Shown: piece after piece, positions 10,526 through 19,736 of the stretch
How positions within the stretch are numbered: position 1 is the first letter of the stretch
How the letters are laid out: each line of letters starts with the position of its first letter
Source: Chitinophagales bacterium
Lineage (GTDB): Bacteria; Bacteroidota; Bacteroidia; Chitinophagales; UBA10324
Reading direction: 5' to 3'
DNA: 64,000 nt
Assembly (NCBI GenBank): GCA_039810885.1
Contig: JBDHXV010000007.1
Location: 1,695-65,694, forward strand
Notes under the pieces: generated by a model
What the model was told of the DNA's origin: nothing
The model's input: the letters and a program-made list of their open reading frames with translations, nothing else
Database searches by the model: none
Position numbers and translations under genes: made by a program

Positions 10526-11770
10526 TTATCCTTCTTTCTCAAACTCTGATTTAAGTATGCGCACAATTTCTTTTACGGTTTCTTCTTCAAGGTCGGCACG
10601 ACGAGCTATCTCTTCTTGACTCAATGCCAAGACATCTTTTGCCGTATCGCATCCGATGCCTTTGAGATTATTAATAATCCAATCATCAATCTCATCAGCA
10701 AATTCTTCTAAGTCAATATCGTAGTCTTCATCCTCATTATCACGGAAAATATCAATCTGATAACCCGTTAGCTGACTTGCAAGGCGAATATTGGCTCCAC
10801 CGCGACCAATAGCCAGCGATACCTGGTCAGGTTTTAAGAAAACCGATACTCGCTTGTTATCTTCATCTATTTCAATAGAAGAAATTTTTGCTGGGGTAAG
10901 GCTTCGTGAAATTAAGAGGCTTGTATTGTGTGTAAAGTTAATTACATCAATGTTTTCATTTTTCAACTCTCGTACTATGCCGTGTATTCTTGACCCTTTC
11001 ATGCCCACGCAGGCGCCTACCGGATCAATGCGATCATCATAAGATTCTACAGCTACTTTAGCTCGCTCTCCCGGTTCTCGGACTATCTTTTTAATTTGAA
11101 TAATGCCGTCAAAAATTTCCGGCACTTCATTTTCTAACAATTTTGCCAAAAAGCTTGGCGCCGTTCTAGATAGCACCACGATTGGCTGGTTGTTTTTCAT
11201 CTCTACTTTCTTAATTACGGCTCGCACATTGTCTCCCTTCTTAAAAATATCTGCTGAAATTTGTTCGCTTTTGGGTAGTATCAACTCATTCCCGTCTTCA
11301 TCAAGAAGCAGCGTTTCTTTTTTCCACGTCTGATAAACCTCGGCAGTAATTATCTCTCCAATACGATCTTCATATTTCTTAAAAATCTCATCCTTTTCCA
11401 GTTCAGAAATTCTGGAAGCAAGAGTTTGGCGTGCTGTTAAAATTGCCCTGCGACCAAATGATTGTAGCGTAATTTCTTCTGCAATCTCTTCTCCTATACT
11501 ATAATCAGATTCTATTTTTTTTGCATCGGAAAGACTAATTTGTGTAACAGGGTCTTCAACCATACCATCTTCAACTACTGTGCGGCGGTGCCATATTTCC
11601 AAATCTCCCTTCTCGGTATTAACAATAACGTCAAAGCTCTCGTCAGACAAATATTTCTTACGAATCAGTGTACGGAAAACATCTTCCAGTACTTTCATCA
11701 TTGTCGGTCGGTCTATGTTTTTGAGATCTTTAAACTCGCTAAAGCTGTCAACTAATTCAGCGCTGTTCAT
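10526..11770 (-). CDS. nusA: Transcription termination/antitermination factor NusA
   Basis: Shows N-terminal, S1 and KH-domain sequence patterns (ACVGMKGSRI, IGRGGANIRLA). Sits in rimP-nusA-infB synteny. Confidence 0.95.
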   Translation of the reverse strand: MNSAELVDSFSEFKDLKNIDRPTMMKVLEDVFRTLIRKKYLSDESFDVIVNTEKGDLEIWHRRTVVEDGMVEDPVTQISLSDAKKIESDYSIGEEIAEEITLQSFGRRAILTARQTLASRISELEKDEIFKKYEDRIGEIITAEVYQTWKKETLLLDEDGNELILPKSEQISADIFKKGDNVRAVIKKVEMKNNQPIVVLSRTAPSFLAKLLENEVPEIFDGIIQIKKIVREPGERAKVAVESYDDRIDPVGACVGMKGSRIHGIVRELKNENIDVINFTHNTSLLISRSLTPAKISSIEIDEDNKRVSVFLKPDQVSLAIGRGGANIRLASQLTGYQIDIFRDNEDEDYDIDLEEFADEIDDWIINNLKGIGCDTAKDVLALSQEEIARRADLEEETVKEIVRILKSEFEKEG

Positions 11771-11786
11771 TTTGTATTATTGGGTT

Positions 11787-12248
11787 TTAATATTTTAGAA
11801 ATGGTTTTGTTGATTTAATTTCAGACAAGTTTAAAAGTACTTCTGCTAACGGGGCTTTCTTTTTATTTCTCACTTCTGTTTCGATGATTATCTTTTCCTT
11901 ATTCATAGATTTCAATATCCCGACATATTTGACCCCGCTGTATGTTATCACTTCCACCGGGCGATTCTGATATTGTTGATATTGCTCCGGAACTCGAAAG
12001 GGTTGGTCGGCTCCGGGTGAAGAAACTTCCAATGCATAGTGTTCAGAAAAGTCTGTTTGCTCGTTTAATGATTTTTCTAAAGCTCTACTAACAGCCACAC
12101 AGTCCTCTATGGTAACTGCTGGTATTTTATCTATAAATACGCGCACGGTTTCTGAACGCTCATTAATTTTGAGGTCAACAAGAAACAGATTATACTGTAT
12201 CAGTATCGGATTCAAATGTGCTCGTATTTGTTCGTTAATGTTATTCAT
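11787..12248 (-). CDS. rimP: Ribosome maturation factor RimP
   Basis: 153 aa with the LEVSSPG motif, immediately upstream of nusA. Confidence 0.85.
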   Translation of the reverse strand: MNNINEQIRAHLNPILIQYNLFLVDLKINERSETVRVFIDKIPAVTIEDCVAVSRALEKSLNEQTDFSEHYALEVSSPGADQPFRVPEQYQQYQNRPVEVITYSGVKYVGILKSMNKEKIIIETEVRNKKKAPLAEVLLNLSEIKSTKPFLKY

Positions 12249-12256
12249 TTATGGGT

Positions 12257-12282
12257 AATAGAAAAGGGGACTTTCGGTCCCC
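12257..12282 (-). terminator. Intrinsic-terminator-like hairpin in the rimP-nusA-infB leader (candidate attenuator)
   Basis: The minus strand reads GGGGAC-CGAAA-GUCCCC followed by UUUUCUAUU. The element ends 8 nt before the rimP ATG and lies downstream of a TACATTTG -7 box. Confidence 0.5.
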
Positions 12283-12301
12283 TCACTCGTTTTTTCCGTT
12301 G

Positions 12302-12309
12302 CAAATGTA
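12302..12309 (-). promoter_or_regulatory. Candidate Bacteroidota -7 promoter box (TACATTTG) for rimP-nusA-infB
   Basis: Exact match to TAnnTTTG on the minus strand, 53 nt upstream of the rimP ATG. Confidence 0.4.
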
Positions 12310-12365
12310 CGTGTTTAAGTAGAAATAAGGAAATGCTGATTTTTTGAGGTTTTAGTCTTTGGTTA

Positions 12366-12400
12366 TTAGTTTTTGATCTTAGTTTTTGATCTTAGTTTTT
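12366..12400. repeat. Short tandem repeat, 13-bp unit TTAGTTTTTGATC x about 2.7
   Basis: Read directly as ttagtttttgatc ttagtttttgatc ttagttttt. It spans the stop codon of the adjacent T9SS C-terminal-domain fragment. Confidence 0.85.
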
Positions 12401-12508
12401 AGTTATTATCAACTTCTTCCTTTCCACCACTCTTTCATTTTGCAGTTTTATGAAATAGACGCCGTTGCCGAGGTTGGTGGTGCGGAGTCTCACCCTAAAA
12501 CAGCTTGC
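12392..12508 (-). pseudogene. Fossil 3' fragment of a T9SS C-terminal sorting domain (Por secretion tail)
   Basis: Own minus-strand translation gives ASCFRVRLRTTNLGNGVYFIKLQNERVVERKKLIITKN*. This matches the terminal strands of T9SS sorting domains (G-x-Y-F-hydrophobic-K ... KKLII). The fragment is bounded upstream by an in-frame stop and has no start codon. It looks locally GC-richer than its surroundings. Confidence 0.5.
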
Positions 12509-12623
12509 CTAAAAAGTAACCATACATTGCTCACGTATTAACCCTTAAATTAATTTTTAAAATCGGTTTTTGTGACCAATACGCCAATTAATATAATCAT
12601 TGACAAAATAATCCTTGCCAATT

Positions 12624-12643
12624 AAACTAACGGGCGTTAGTTT
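12624..12643 (+). promoter_or_regulatory. Perfect inverted repeat AAACTAAC-GGGC-GTTAGTTT, candidate TetR operator
   Basis: Two 8-bp arms with a 4-bp spacer, 20 nt upstream of the TetR ATG. The right arm overlaps a TAGTTTTG -7 box. Confidence 0.55.
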
Positions 12644-12645
12644 TG
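12638..12645 (+). promoter_or_regulatory. Candidate -7 promoter box (TAGTTTTG) for the TetR-paaABCD string
   Basis: Exact TAnnTTTG match, with a TTG at 12615-12617 about 20 nt upstream and 17 nt to the ATG at 12663. Confidence 0.45.
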
Positions 12646-12662
12646 TTTTCCAGTTTGTTGCC

Positions 12663-13241
12663 ATGCCAGTTAAGACAAAACGCAAAGAGCATATTGATGC
12701 CGCAGCTCGTAACCTGTTCAGGGAGCGGGGCTACCGCGCCACTTCCATGCGCGACATAGCGCAAACGGTAGGCATCGAAGCAGCCAGTTTATATAACCAC
12801 ATAGATTCTAAAGAATCCATGCTCCAACATATCTGTTTCAATATGGCGGAAAAGTTTTTGGCCATTATGTGCGAAGTGAAGTCCCTAAAAGCCAACCCTG
12901 AGCTGCAATTAAAAGAAGCCGTGCGCAGGCACGTTGAAATAATTATTTCTCACACAGCCGAGTCGGCTGTATTTGTACACGAATGGAAACACCTGAGCGA
13001 GCCACATCTTACCTCTTTCAAAAAAATGCGCGACACCTACGAGCATTTTTATCGCGATATTATCCGATGCGGGGGTCAGAGCGGCTTATTCAAAGACATA
13101 CAGGAGAATTTTGCAGTAATGGTCTTATTTTCGGCCGTCAACAGATTGTACGATTATTACAAACCCGATGGCAAACTAAACCCTACCCAGATTGCAGAAT
13201 CCATAACAGACATTTTTTTAAACGGAATAAAAAACAAATAA
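12663..13241 (+). CDS. TetR/AcrR family transcriptional regulator (PaaR-like by context)
   Basis: Contains the Tet[38 protein letters not shown] prefer the ATG at 12663 over the track's TTG at 12615, because the predicted promoter and operator lie inside the longer ORF. Confidence 0.85.
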   Translation: MPVKTKRKEHIDAAARNLFRERGYRATSMRDIAQTVGIEAASLYNHIDSKESMLQHICFNMAEKFLAIMCEVKSLKANPELQLKEAVRRHVEIIISHTAESAVFVHEWKHLSEPHLTSFKKMRDTYEHFYRDIIRCGGQSGLFKDIQENFAVMVLFSAVNRLYDYYKPDGKLNPTQIAESITDIFLNGIKNK

Positions 13242-13245
13242 TCTT

Positions 13246-14238
13246 ATGTACGGAGGCGGATACATTTTTACGGAACCCACAGAAAAAGAGCTAAAAGAAC
13301 ATTTAGACGATCCTGTAAAACTACAAGAGTTTGAAGCTCGTATTGATGCCGGCGAAAAAATTGAGCCACATGATTGGATGCCCTATGAATATCGCAGACA
13401 ACTTATTCGCCTTATTGAACAGCATGCGCATTCAGAGGTAATTGGCGCACTACCCGAAGGCACATGGATTACCCGTGCACCGGGGTTCCGCCGTAAGTTG
13501 GTACTTATTGCAAAAGTCCAAGACGAAATGGGTCATGCGCAGTTATTATATGCCGCCGCCGAAACTCTTGGCAAACCTCGTGAGGCTATGATTAATGACC
13601 TGCTAAGCGGTAAGTCAAAATATTCTAATGTTTTTAACTACCCTGCAAAAACCTGGGCAGACATTGCCGTTATCGGCTTTTTAATTGATGCGGGTGCCAT
13701 CGTTAATCAGGTAGCTAACTCCAAAGGGTCTTATGGCCCCTATTGCAGAGCGTTAGAGCGTATATGTTTTGAAGAATCATTTCATTTAAAGCAGGGATAT
13801 GATGCATTTATTGCCTTAGCTACGGGTACAAAGGCTCAGAAAGAAATGCTTCAAGATGCTCTCAACAGATGGTGGAAGCCTATTATGCACTTTTTTGGAC
13901 CACCGGACAAAAATTCGGTACACACGCAAAAGTTAATGCGTTGGAAGGTTAAGATGGCTACTAATGATGAGATGCGAAATCAATTTCTTGATACTTATGT
14001 ACCTAAGATTTTAGAGCTTGGTATCACAATACCCGACCCAAATCTCAAAAAGATTGAAAGTACCGGACTTTGGACTTTCTCAGACCCCGATTGGGATGAA
14101 TTTAGGAGGGTAATTAATGGTGATGGCCCATGCAACAAAGAGCGCTTGGCTGTTAGAAAGTATGCTGAAGAATCTAATCGTTGGGTTCGAAGTGCTTTAT
14201 TAAAACCAACCATGAAAAAAACCTTGCCCTATGCATAA
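13246..14238 (+). CDS. paaA: 1,2-phenylacetyl-CoA epoxidase subunit A
   Basis: Di-iron carboxylate patterns ([17 protein letters not shown]), 330 aa, followed by paaB, paaC and paaD. Confidence 0.9.
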   Translation: MYGGGYIFTEPTEKELKEHLDDPVKLQEFEARIDAGEKIEPHDWMPYEYRRQLIRLIEQHAHSEVIGALPEGTWITRAPGFRRKLVLIAKVQDEMGHAQLLYAAAETLGKPREAMINDLLSGKSKYSNVFNYPAKTWADIAVIGFLIDAGAIVNQVANSKGSYGPYCRALERICFEESFHLKQGYDAFIALATGTKAQKEMLQDALNRWWKPIMHFFGPPDKNSVHTQKLMRWKVKMATNDEMRNQFLDTYVPKILELGITIPDPNLKKIESTGLWTFSDPDWDEFRRVINGDGPCNKERLAVRKYAEESNRWVRSALLKPTMKKTLPYA

Positions 14239-14608
14239 TAACAGCTTAGATCCTCGAATCCAAAGAATTGATTTGGATAAAAATCCAGATAATGTTGCAC
14301 TCAATACGATGGAAAATTGGGAAACTTATGAAGTGTTCCACCAAAGAAAACGTGGTGAACAACATATTCATGTGGGCATAGTGCATGCTGCAGATCCTGA
14401 AATGGCACTAGTCTTTGCAAAGGAAATTTATGGCCGTCGTTTACAATGTGCCAATATGTGGGTTACCAAATCATCCAACATATACTCCTTTCGCTACGAA
14501 GATGAAGACATGTTTGGAACCACAGCCGATAAAGATTACCGCGGCGCCGGTGATTTTAAAGTTCGGGATAAGATAAATAAATTCAAAAAAGAAAATACTT
14601 TAAAATAA
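14231..14608 (+). CDS. paaB: 1,2-phenylacetyl-CoA epoxidase subunit B
   Basis: Small protein between paaA and paaC containing WEVF-type [17 protein letters not shown]. Overlaps paaA by 8 nt. Confidence 0.8.
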   Translation: MHNNSLDPRIQRIDLDKNPDNVALNTMENWETYEVFHQRKRGEQHIHVGIVHAADPEMALVFAKEIYGRRLQCANMWVTKSSNIYSFRYEDEDMFGTTADKDYRGAGDFKVRDKINKFKKENTLK

Positions 14609-15363
14609 TGGAAGTTGTAAAAGATCTAATACTGCGGATAGCTGATGATGCACTAATGATCGGGCATAGAAACAGTGAGTGGACGGGCATAGGCCCTATT
14701 CTTGAAGAAGATATTGCTTTTTCATCTATGGCGCAAGATAAAATCGGTCACTCACAGGCTCTATATAACATACTGCACGAAGAATTCCAGATGAATGATC
14801 CCGATCATTTAGCATTTAGAAGGAATGTAAAAGATTTTCGGTCTTGCCATTTGGTGGATCTTCCCATAGGTGATTATGCTTTTACGTTGGTTCGTCATTT
14901 CTTTTTCGACCACGCAGAGGCATTACGCTATGAGGCACTTTGTTCATCTTCTTTTACACCATTAGCAAAGTTGGCCCTAAAGTTTAAAGGAGAAATAAAA
15001 TACCACACTCTTCATGCCGATATCTGGATGAAAAGCTTGACTTTAAACGGCAGCGAAGAGAGCAAAGCAAGAATACAATCTGCGGTAAATGAATTATATC
15101 CTTATGCATTAGGCTTATTTGAACCCGGAATAAACGAGCAACAACTTATTGATTCAAAAGTTTTTATAGGTGAAGCTGCTTTATACAATTTATGGATTCA
15201 AAAAGTTAAAGATTCTTTTACGCAATTTAATTTAATAATACCAAACGTAGCCGATAATAAAATACAATACGGTGGGCGCAAGGGGCTTCACTCACAATAT
15301 CTATCTGAGTTGGTAAACGAAATGACAGAGGTTATACGAACAGATTACGAAGCAGAATGGTAA
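14608..15363 (+). CDS. paaC: 1,2-phenylacetyl-CoA epoxidase subunit C
   Basis: 251 aa with a ferritin-like fold pattern (LRIADDALMIGHRNSEW, QDKIGHSQALY). Overlaps paaB by 1 nt. Confidence 0.85.
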   Translation: MEVVKDLILRIADDALMIGHRNSEWTGIGPILEEDIAFSSMAQDKIGHSQALYNILHEEFQMNDPDHLAFRRNVKDFRSCHLVDLPIGDYAFTLVRHFFFDHAEALRYEALCSSSFTPLAKLALKFKGEIKYHTLHADIWMKSLTLNGSEESKARIQSAVNELYPYALGLFEPGINEQQLIDSKVFIGEAALYNLWIQKVKDSFTQFNLIIPNVADNKIQYGGRKGLHSQYLSELVNEMTEVIRTDYEAEW

Positions 15364-15854
15364 ATGAAAAAATCATAGACCGTGAGTTTGTTATGAACAT
15401 ACTCTCAAAGGTTATGGACCCTGAGATACCTGTTATTTCTGTTGTGGATATGGGTATGATCACTGATGTGATAATTAATGGTGAGCAAGTTACCGTCAAA
15501 ATGATACCTACATTTACTGCTTGTCCTGCCATAAAGCTAATGCAACAAAATATATATGATAATCTGTTAAAATCCGGTCTTTCACAAGTTGAAGTACTCA
15601 TTGATAAGGAAATTCGGTGGAACTCGGATCGAGTAAGTGAAAAAGGGAAAAAACTATTAGAAGAATTTAAATTAGGCACGCCGGCTACGCATCACGGCAA
15701 TGTAACCGAAGAGATGATCAGCAAATCCAAGTGCCCCTATTGTGGAAGTGAAAACACAACAATGAACTCGTTATTCGGTTCCACGCTCTGCCGTTCAACA
15801 CACTATTGCTTTGATTGCAAGATGAAATTTGAACGATTCAAGCCAATAGCATAA
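15357..15854 (+). CDS. paaD: Phenylacetate-CoA oxygenase subunit PaaD (DUF59 domain plus C-terminal Cys cluster)
   Basis: DUF59-like VMDPEIPVISVVDMGMI and a C-terminal CPYCGS...CFDC motif. Confidence 0.85.
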   Translation: MVNEKIIDREFVMNILSKVMDPEIPVISVVDMGMITDVIINGEQVTVKMIPTFTACPAIKLMQQNIYDNLLKSGLSQVEVLIDKEIRWNSDRVSEKGKKLLEEFKLGTPATHHGNVTEEMISKSKCPYCGSENTTMNSLFGSTLCRSTHYCFDCKMKFERFKPIA

Positions 15855-15864
15855 ACTCTGATGA

Positions 15865-16449
15865 ATGAAAATAGGACTGTTTTTTGGATCGTTTAACCCA
15901 ATTCATAACGGTCATTTAATTATTGGAAATCAAATATTAAATAATACAGATTGCAAACAAGTATGGTTTGTTGTGTCTCCGCATAATCCTCTAAAGAAGA
16001 AAGATTCTCTTTTAAACCAGTATGATCGCCTGCACATGATTAACCTTGCAATTGAAAATAATCATGGCTTTAAAGCATCCGATGTTGAATTTAAACTACC
16101 ATTACCCTCTTATACTGTAAATACATTGCAGTATTTAACCGAAAAATACCCCCAACACGAATTTGCAATAATTATGGGCTCTGATAATTTAAATACGCTA
16201 CACAAATGGAAGAATTATGAAACATTATTAAAATATTATCCCATTTATGTTTACAAACGTGACAATACTACTGAAGAATATAACACATACAAATCTGTTC
16301 ACATACTCGATTTTCCTTATTTGAACATCTCTTCCACATATATTCGAAATTTAATTAAACAGAATAAGTCCATACGTTACCTTGTTCCGGATATTGTAGA
16401 GGAATACATTTTAAATAATCGTTATTATATCTCTGAAACTGAATGTTAA
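15865..16449 (+). CDS. nadD: Nicotinate-nucleotide adenylyltransferase
   Basis: Contains GSFNPIHNGH (HxGH) and the ISSTYIR motif. Confidence 0.9.
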   Translation: MKIGLFFGSFNPIHNGHLIIGNQILNNTDCKQVWFVVSPHNPLKKKDSLLNQYDRLHMINLAIENNHGFKASDVEFKLPLPSYTVNTLQYLTEKYPQHEFAIIMGSDNLNTLHKWKNYETLLKYYPIYVYKRDNTTEEYNTYKSVHILDFPYLNISSTYIRNLIKQNKSIRYLVPDIVEEYILNNRYYISETEC

Positions 16450-16721
16450 TATTCCGTGGATTAATGGTATAAAATGTTAATTACCCCTTTTATATTGTTT
16501 AATTAAAAAGATAATAAATTAAGTCAAGCTAATAGATGTTAGTAAATGAAAAGATATCTTATGGTTTTAATCAATGTAATTGATCTCAATGTTGAAAATA
16601 ATTTAAAAAATATTTTCACATATAGCCCTATCAACATTGAATTGATAAATGTTAATTATTTAATTCTCAATAAACTAAGATGTTAATTAGTGTTAACTTA
16701 AATGTTTAATAATGTTAATTA
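16443..16721 (+). promoter_or_regulatory. Cluster of repeated ATGTTAAT(TA) motifs in the nadD-nadA intergenic region
   Basis: The exact 10-mer ATGTTAATTA occurs at 16474, 16649, 16680 and 16712. TGTTAA also occurs at 16444 and 16691, and TGTTTA at 16703. From 16681 to 16718 the repeats are spaced 10-12 bp apart. Confidence 0.5.
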
Positions 16722-16825
16722 TTAATAAAGAAAGAAAATTGGTTCTAAGTTTTAAACAAATAAACAGCGTTAATAAGAGATCATAATTTTACTTTTTTAA
16801 AAACATACTAAATTAATATTGTGAA

Positions 16826-17809
16826 ATGAATCAAACAGATAATATACTTAGTAAGGGTTATGTAGATGTTGAACCTGACATAGATTTAGACTTATTTGAA
16901 GAAATAAAAAAGTTAAAAGAGGAGAAAAATGCAGTAATACTGGCTCATTATTATCAAGAAGCGGATATTCAAGATATTGCAGATTTTATTGGAGATAGCC
17001 TGCAATTAAGTCAAGAGGCAGAAAAAACAAAGGCAGATATTATATTGTTTGCAGGGGTTCATTTCATGGCAGAAACAGCTAAAATTCTCAACCCACAAAA
17101 AAAAGTATTAATCCCTGATTTAAATGCCGGATGCTCCTTAGCAGATTCTTGTCCGCCAGATTCTTTTAAAAAATTTAAAGAAGAGCATCCGGACCATATC
17201 GTTGTTTCATACATTAATTGTTCTGCGGAGATAAAAGCCTTAACAGATGTAATTTGTACAAGCAGTAATGCAAAAAAGATTATTGAATCATTTCCAATAG
17301 AACAAAAAATAATATTTGCTCCAGATAAGAATCTAGGCGCTTATATATCTAAAACAACAGGGAGAAACTTAGTTTTGTGGAATGGAGCTTGTCAAGTTCA
17401 CGAAATATTTTCATTAGACAAATTGCTACAGCTAAAAAGACAATATCCTCAAGCAGAAATTATTGCCCATCCAGAGTGCGAACCGCAAATATTGGAATAC
17501 TCGGACTTTATAGGATCAACCTCTGCTTTGTTAAATTATGTAGCAAAAACACCAACAAAAGAGTTTATAGTACTGACAGAAACAGGCATTTTACATCAGA
17601 TGCTAAAAAAAGCACCGGATAAAATTTTAATACCAGCACCACCAGACAATAGTTGTGCGTGTAATGAATGCCCATTTATGAAGAAAAATACACTGCAAAA
17701 AGTATATACTTGTTTAAAGTATGAGTTACCTGAAATAAATATTCCGGAAGATATTAGAAAACAAGCATACAAATCCATAAAAAGAATGTTAGATCTTTCG
17801 GTTAATTAG
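16826..17809 (+). CDS. nadA: Quinolinate synthase
   Basis: 327 aa with typical NadA blocks ([26 protein letters not shown]). Confidence 0.93.
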   Translation: MNQTDNILSKGYVDVEPDIDLDLFEEIKKLKEEKNAVILAHYYQEADIQDIADFIGDSLQLSQEAEKTKADIILFAGVHFMAETAKILNPQKKVLIPDLNAGCSLADSCPPDSFKKFKEEHPDHIVVSYINCSAEIKALTDVICTSSNAKKIIESFPIEQKIIFAPDKNLGAYISKTTGRNLVLWNGACQVHEIFSLDKLLQLKRQYPQAEIIAHPECEPQILEYSDFIGSTSALLNYVAKTPTKEFIVLTETGILHQMLKKAPDKILIPAPPDNSCACNECPFMKKNTLQKVYTCLKYELPEINIPEDIRKQAYKSIKRMLDLSVN

Positions 17810-19669
17810 CTAACGACCAATGCTTACCATCAAAATACTAATATCAGACGGATTTACACCACTGATTCTGCTAGCCTGACCTAATGTTTTGGGTCGTATT
17901 GCGCTAAGTTTCTCAGTTGCTTCTGTTGACAATGAATGAATTTTTGAGTAGTCTATATTTTCATGTAAGACAACATTTTCTAATCTTTTTAATTTCTCAA
18001 CTGTTTCACGTTCTTTTAGGATATACCCACCGTATTTTATTTGAATTTCCGTTTTTAATAGCTCAACATCAGTATATTTAGATAATTCATTTTGCATACC
18101 AGCAGCAATTAATAAACCCTTAATATCTGTATTTGGTCTGCTAAGAAGTTTTGATAAATAGTTTTTTTCATTAATTGGAGTTGAATTTACCGACAGCAGA
18201 TAATTATTTAATTCTTCAGAATATTCATTTGACGAATTAAGTTTTAAAATTAAATTATTTATTGATATCTCATTGTGTTTCAATTTGTTATATATATTTT
18301 CCTCAATCAATCCCAAACTAAAAGCATAAGGCATTAATCGTTCATCAGCATTATCTTGCCTCAATAAAATTCTATATTCTGCTCTTGATGTAAACATTCT
18401 GTAAGGCTCGTTAACTCCCTTATTTATTAAATCATCAATTAATACACCGATATAAGCCTCGTCTCTTTTTAAAATAAGCTCATCGCGTTCTTTAATCTTT
18501 AGAGAGGCATTTATTCCCGCCATCAAACCTTGGCAAGCGGCTTCTTCATATCCAGTCGTGCCATTTATTTGTCCTGCAAAATAAAGATTCTCAATTTGCT
18601 GTGTTTCTAAAGTTAATTTAAGTTGTTCTGGAGGAAAATAATCATACTCAATTGCATACCCCGGTCGAAACATCTTTATATTTTCAAACCCTCTAATTTT
18701 TAACAGAGCTTTCAATTGAACATCCTCCGGTAAAGAACTTGAAAAACCATTAACATAAACCTCAATAGCATTCCAGCCTTCAGGTTCCACAAAGAGTTGA
18801 TGTCGTTCCTTATCAGAAAAGCGGTTGATTTTATCTTCAATACTAGGACAATACCTCGGCCCAACACCTTCAATTCTACCATTAAACATAGGCGATTTAT
18901 CAAATCCTGTTTTTAAAATGTCATGTACTTCTTTATTTGTGTAAGTAATATGACAACTTCTCTGTTTAACTAGCTTATTTGGTTCTCGATATGAGAAACA
19001 CTCGGGGTTTTCATCGCCCGGTTGTTCATCTAAAACCGAATAATTTATTGTTCTTCCGTCTAAACGAGCGGGAGTTCCTGTTTTCATCCTGCCACTATTA
19101 AAGCCAAGTTCCCTTAATTGTTCCGTTATTCCGGTTGACTTATTTTCAGCAATTCTACCACCTCCGAACTGCTTTTCGCCAATGTGAATAATGCCGTTTA
19201 AAAATGTTCCATTTGTTAGAATTACAGATTTTGCATAAATATTAGAGCCTACAACAGTCTTTACACCAATAACGCATTTATTTTTTACGATAATGCCGGA
19301 AACCATATCTTGCCAAAAATCAATATTAGGTTCTTGTTCTAGCAAGTTGCGCCACGCTAAAGAAAATAACATTCTGTCATTTTGTGTACGAGGGCTCCAC
19401 ATAGCCGGGCCCTTAGATCGGTTCAACATCCTAAACTGAATAGCAGATTTGTCGGATATAATAGCAGATGCGCCCCCGAGCGCATCAATTTCTCGAACAA
19501 TTTGACCTTTTGCAATACCGCCCATAGCCGGATTGCAACTCATTTGTGCAATAGTCTGCAGATTCATAGTAATTAACAACACCTTCATACCCATTTTGGC
19601 TGAAATGTATGCCGCCTCACAACCGGCGTGACCGGCACCAACAATGATCACATCATAATTATTAAACAT
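17810..19669 (-). CDS. mnmG: tRNA uridine 5-carboxymethylaminomethyl modification enzyme MnmG (GidA)
   Basis: FAD motif [13 protein letters not shown], 619 aa, full-length GidA pattern. Confidence 0.97.
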   Translation of the reverse strand: MFNNYDVIIVGAGHAGCEAAYISAKMGMKVLLITMNLQTIAQMSCNPAMGGIAKGQIVREIDALGGASAIISDKSAIQFRMLNRSKGPAMWSPRTQNDRMLFSLAWRNLLEQEPNIDFWQDMVSGIIVKNKCVIGVKTVVGSNIYAKSVILTNGTFLNGIIHIGEKQFGGGRIAENKSTGITEQLRELGFNSGRMKTGTPARLDGRTINYSVLDEQPGDENPECFSYREPNKLVKQRSCHITYTNKEVHDILKTGFDKSPMFNGRIEGVGPRYCPSIEDKINRFSDKERHQLFVEPEGWNAIEVYVNGFSSSLPEDVQLKALLKIRGFENIKMFRPGYAIEYDYFPPEQLKLTLETQQIENLYFAGQINGTTGYEEAACQGLMAGINASLKIKERDELILKRDEAYIGVLIDDLINKGVNEPYRMFTSRAEYRILLRQDNADERLMPYAFSLGLIEENIYNKLKHNEISINNLILKLNSSNEYSEELNNYLLSVNSTPINEKNYLSKLLSRPNTDIKGLLIAAGMQNELSKYTDVELLKTEIQIKYGGYILKERETVEKLKRLENVVLHENIDYSKIHSLSTEATEKLSAIRPKTLGQASRISGVNPSDISILMVSIGR

Positions 19670-19673
19670 TGTG

Positions 19674-19681
19674 CAAAAATA
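19674..19681 (-). promoter_or_regulatory. Candidate -7 box (TATTTTTG) 4 nt upstream of the mnmG ATG
   Basis: Exact TAnnTTTG match on the minus strand. It implies a leaderless or near-leaderless mnmG transcript. Confidence 0.35.
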
Positions 19682-19697
19682 GAGGTAAGAAAAAAAG

Positions 19698-19721
19698 AAA
19701 TTGTTTCACGTGAAACAATTT
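19698..19721. promoter_or_regulatory. 24-bp perfect palindrome AAATTGTTTCAC|GTGAAACAATTT
   Basis: Read directly. On the minus strand it is followed by CTTTTTTTCTT, so it could be the ybeY-operon terminator and/or a dimeric regulator site at about -33 of the mnmG promoter. Confidence 0.6.
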
Positions 19722-19736
19722 ATATTAATCTATGGG

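Noticed and set aside
12262-12282. GAAAGTCC within the rimP leader hairpin resembling RNase P RNA CR-I
   Set aside because: Only 8 nt match, and no other RNase P conserved regions or sufficient length are present.
12366-12400. Tandem 13-bp repeat as a CRISPR or minisatellite locus
   Set aside because: There are only about 2.7 contiguous copies with no spacers, which is too short for either.
12983-13294. 103-aa plus-strand ORF overlapping the TetR 3' half and the paaA start
   Set aside because: It is out of frame with two well-supported genes and is Arg-rich shadow sequence.
16450-16825. AT-rich repeat-bearing spacer near mnmG (gidA) as the chromosomal origin oriC
   Set aside because: I found only one weak DnaA-box-like sequence (CGTGGATTA, two mismatches), no cluster of TTATCCACA-type boxes, and no dnaA or dnaN nearby.
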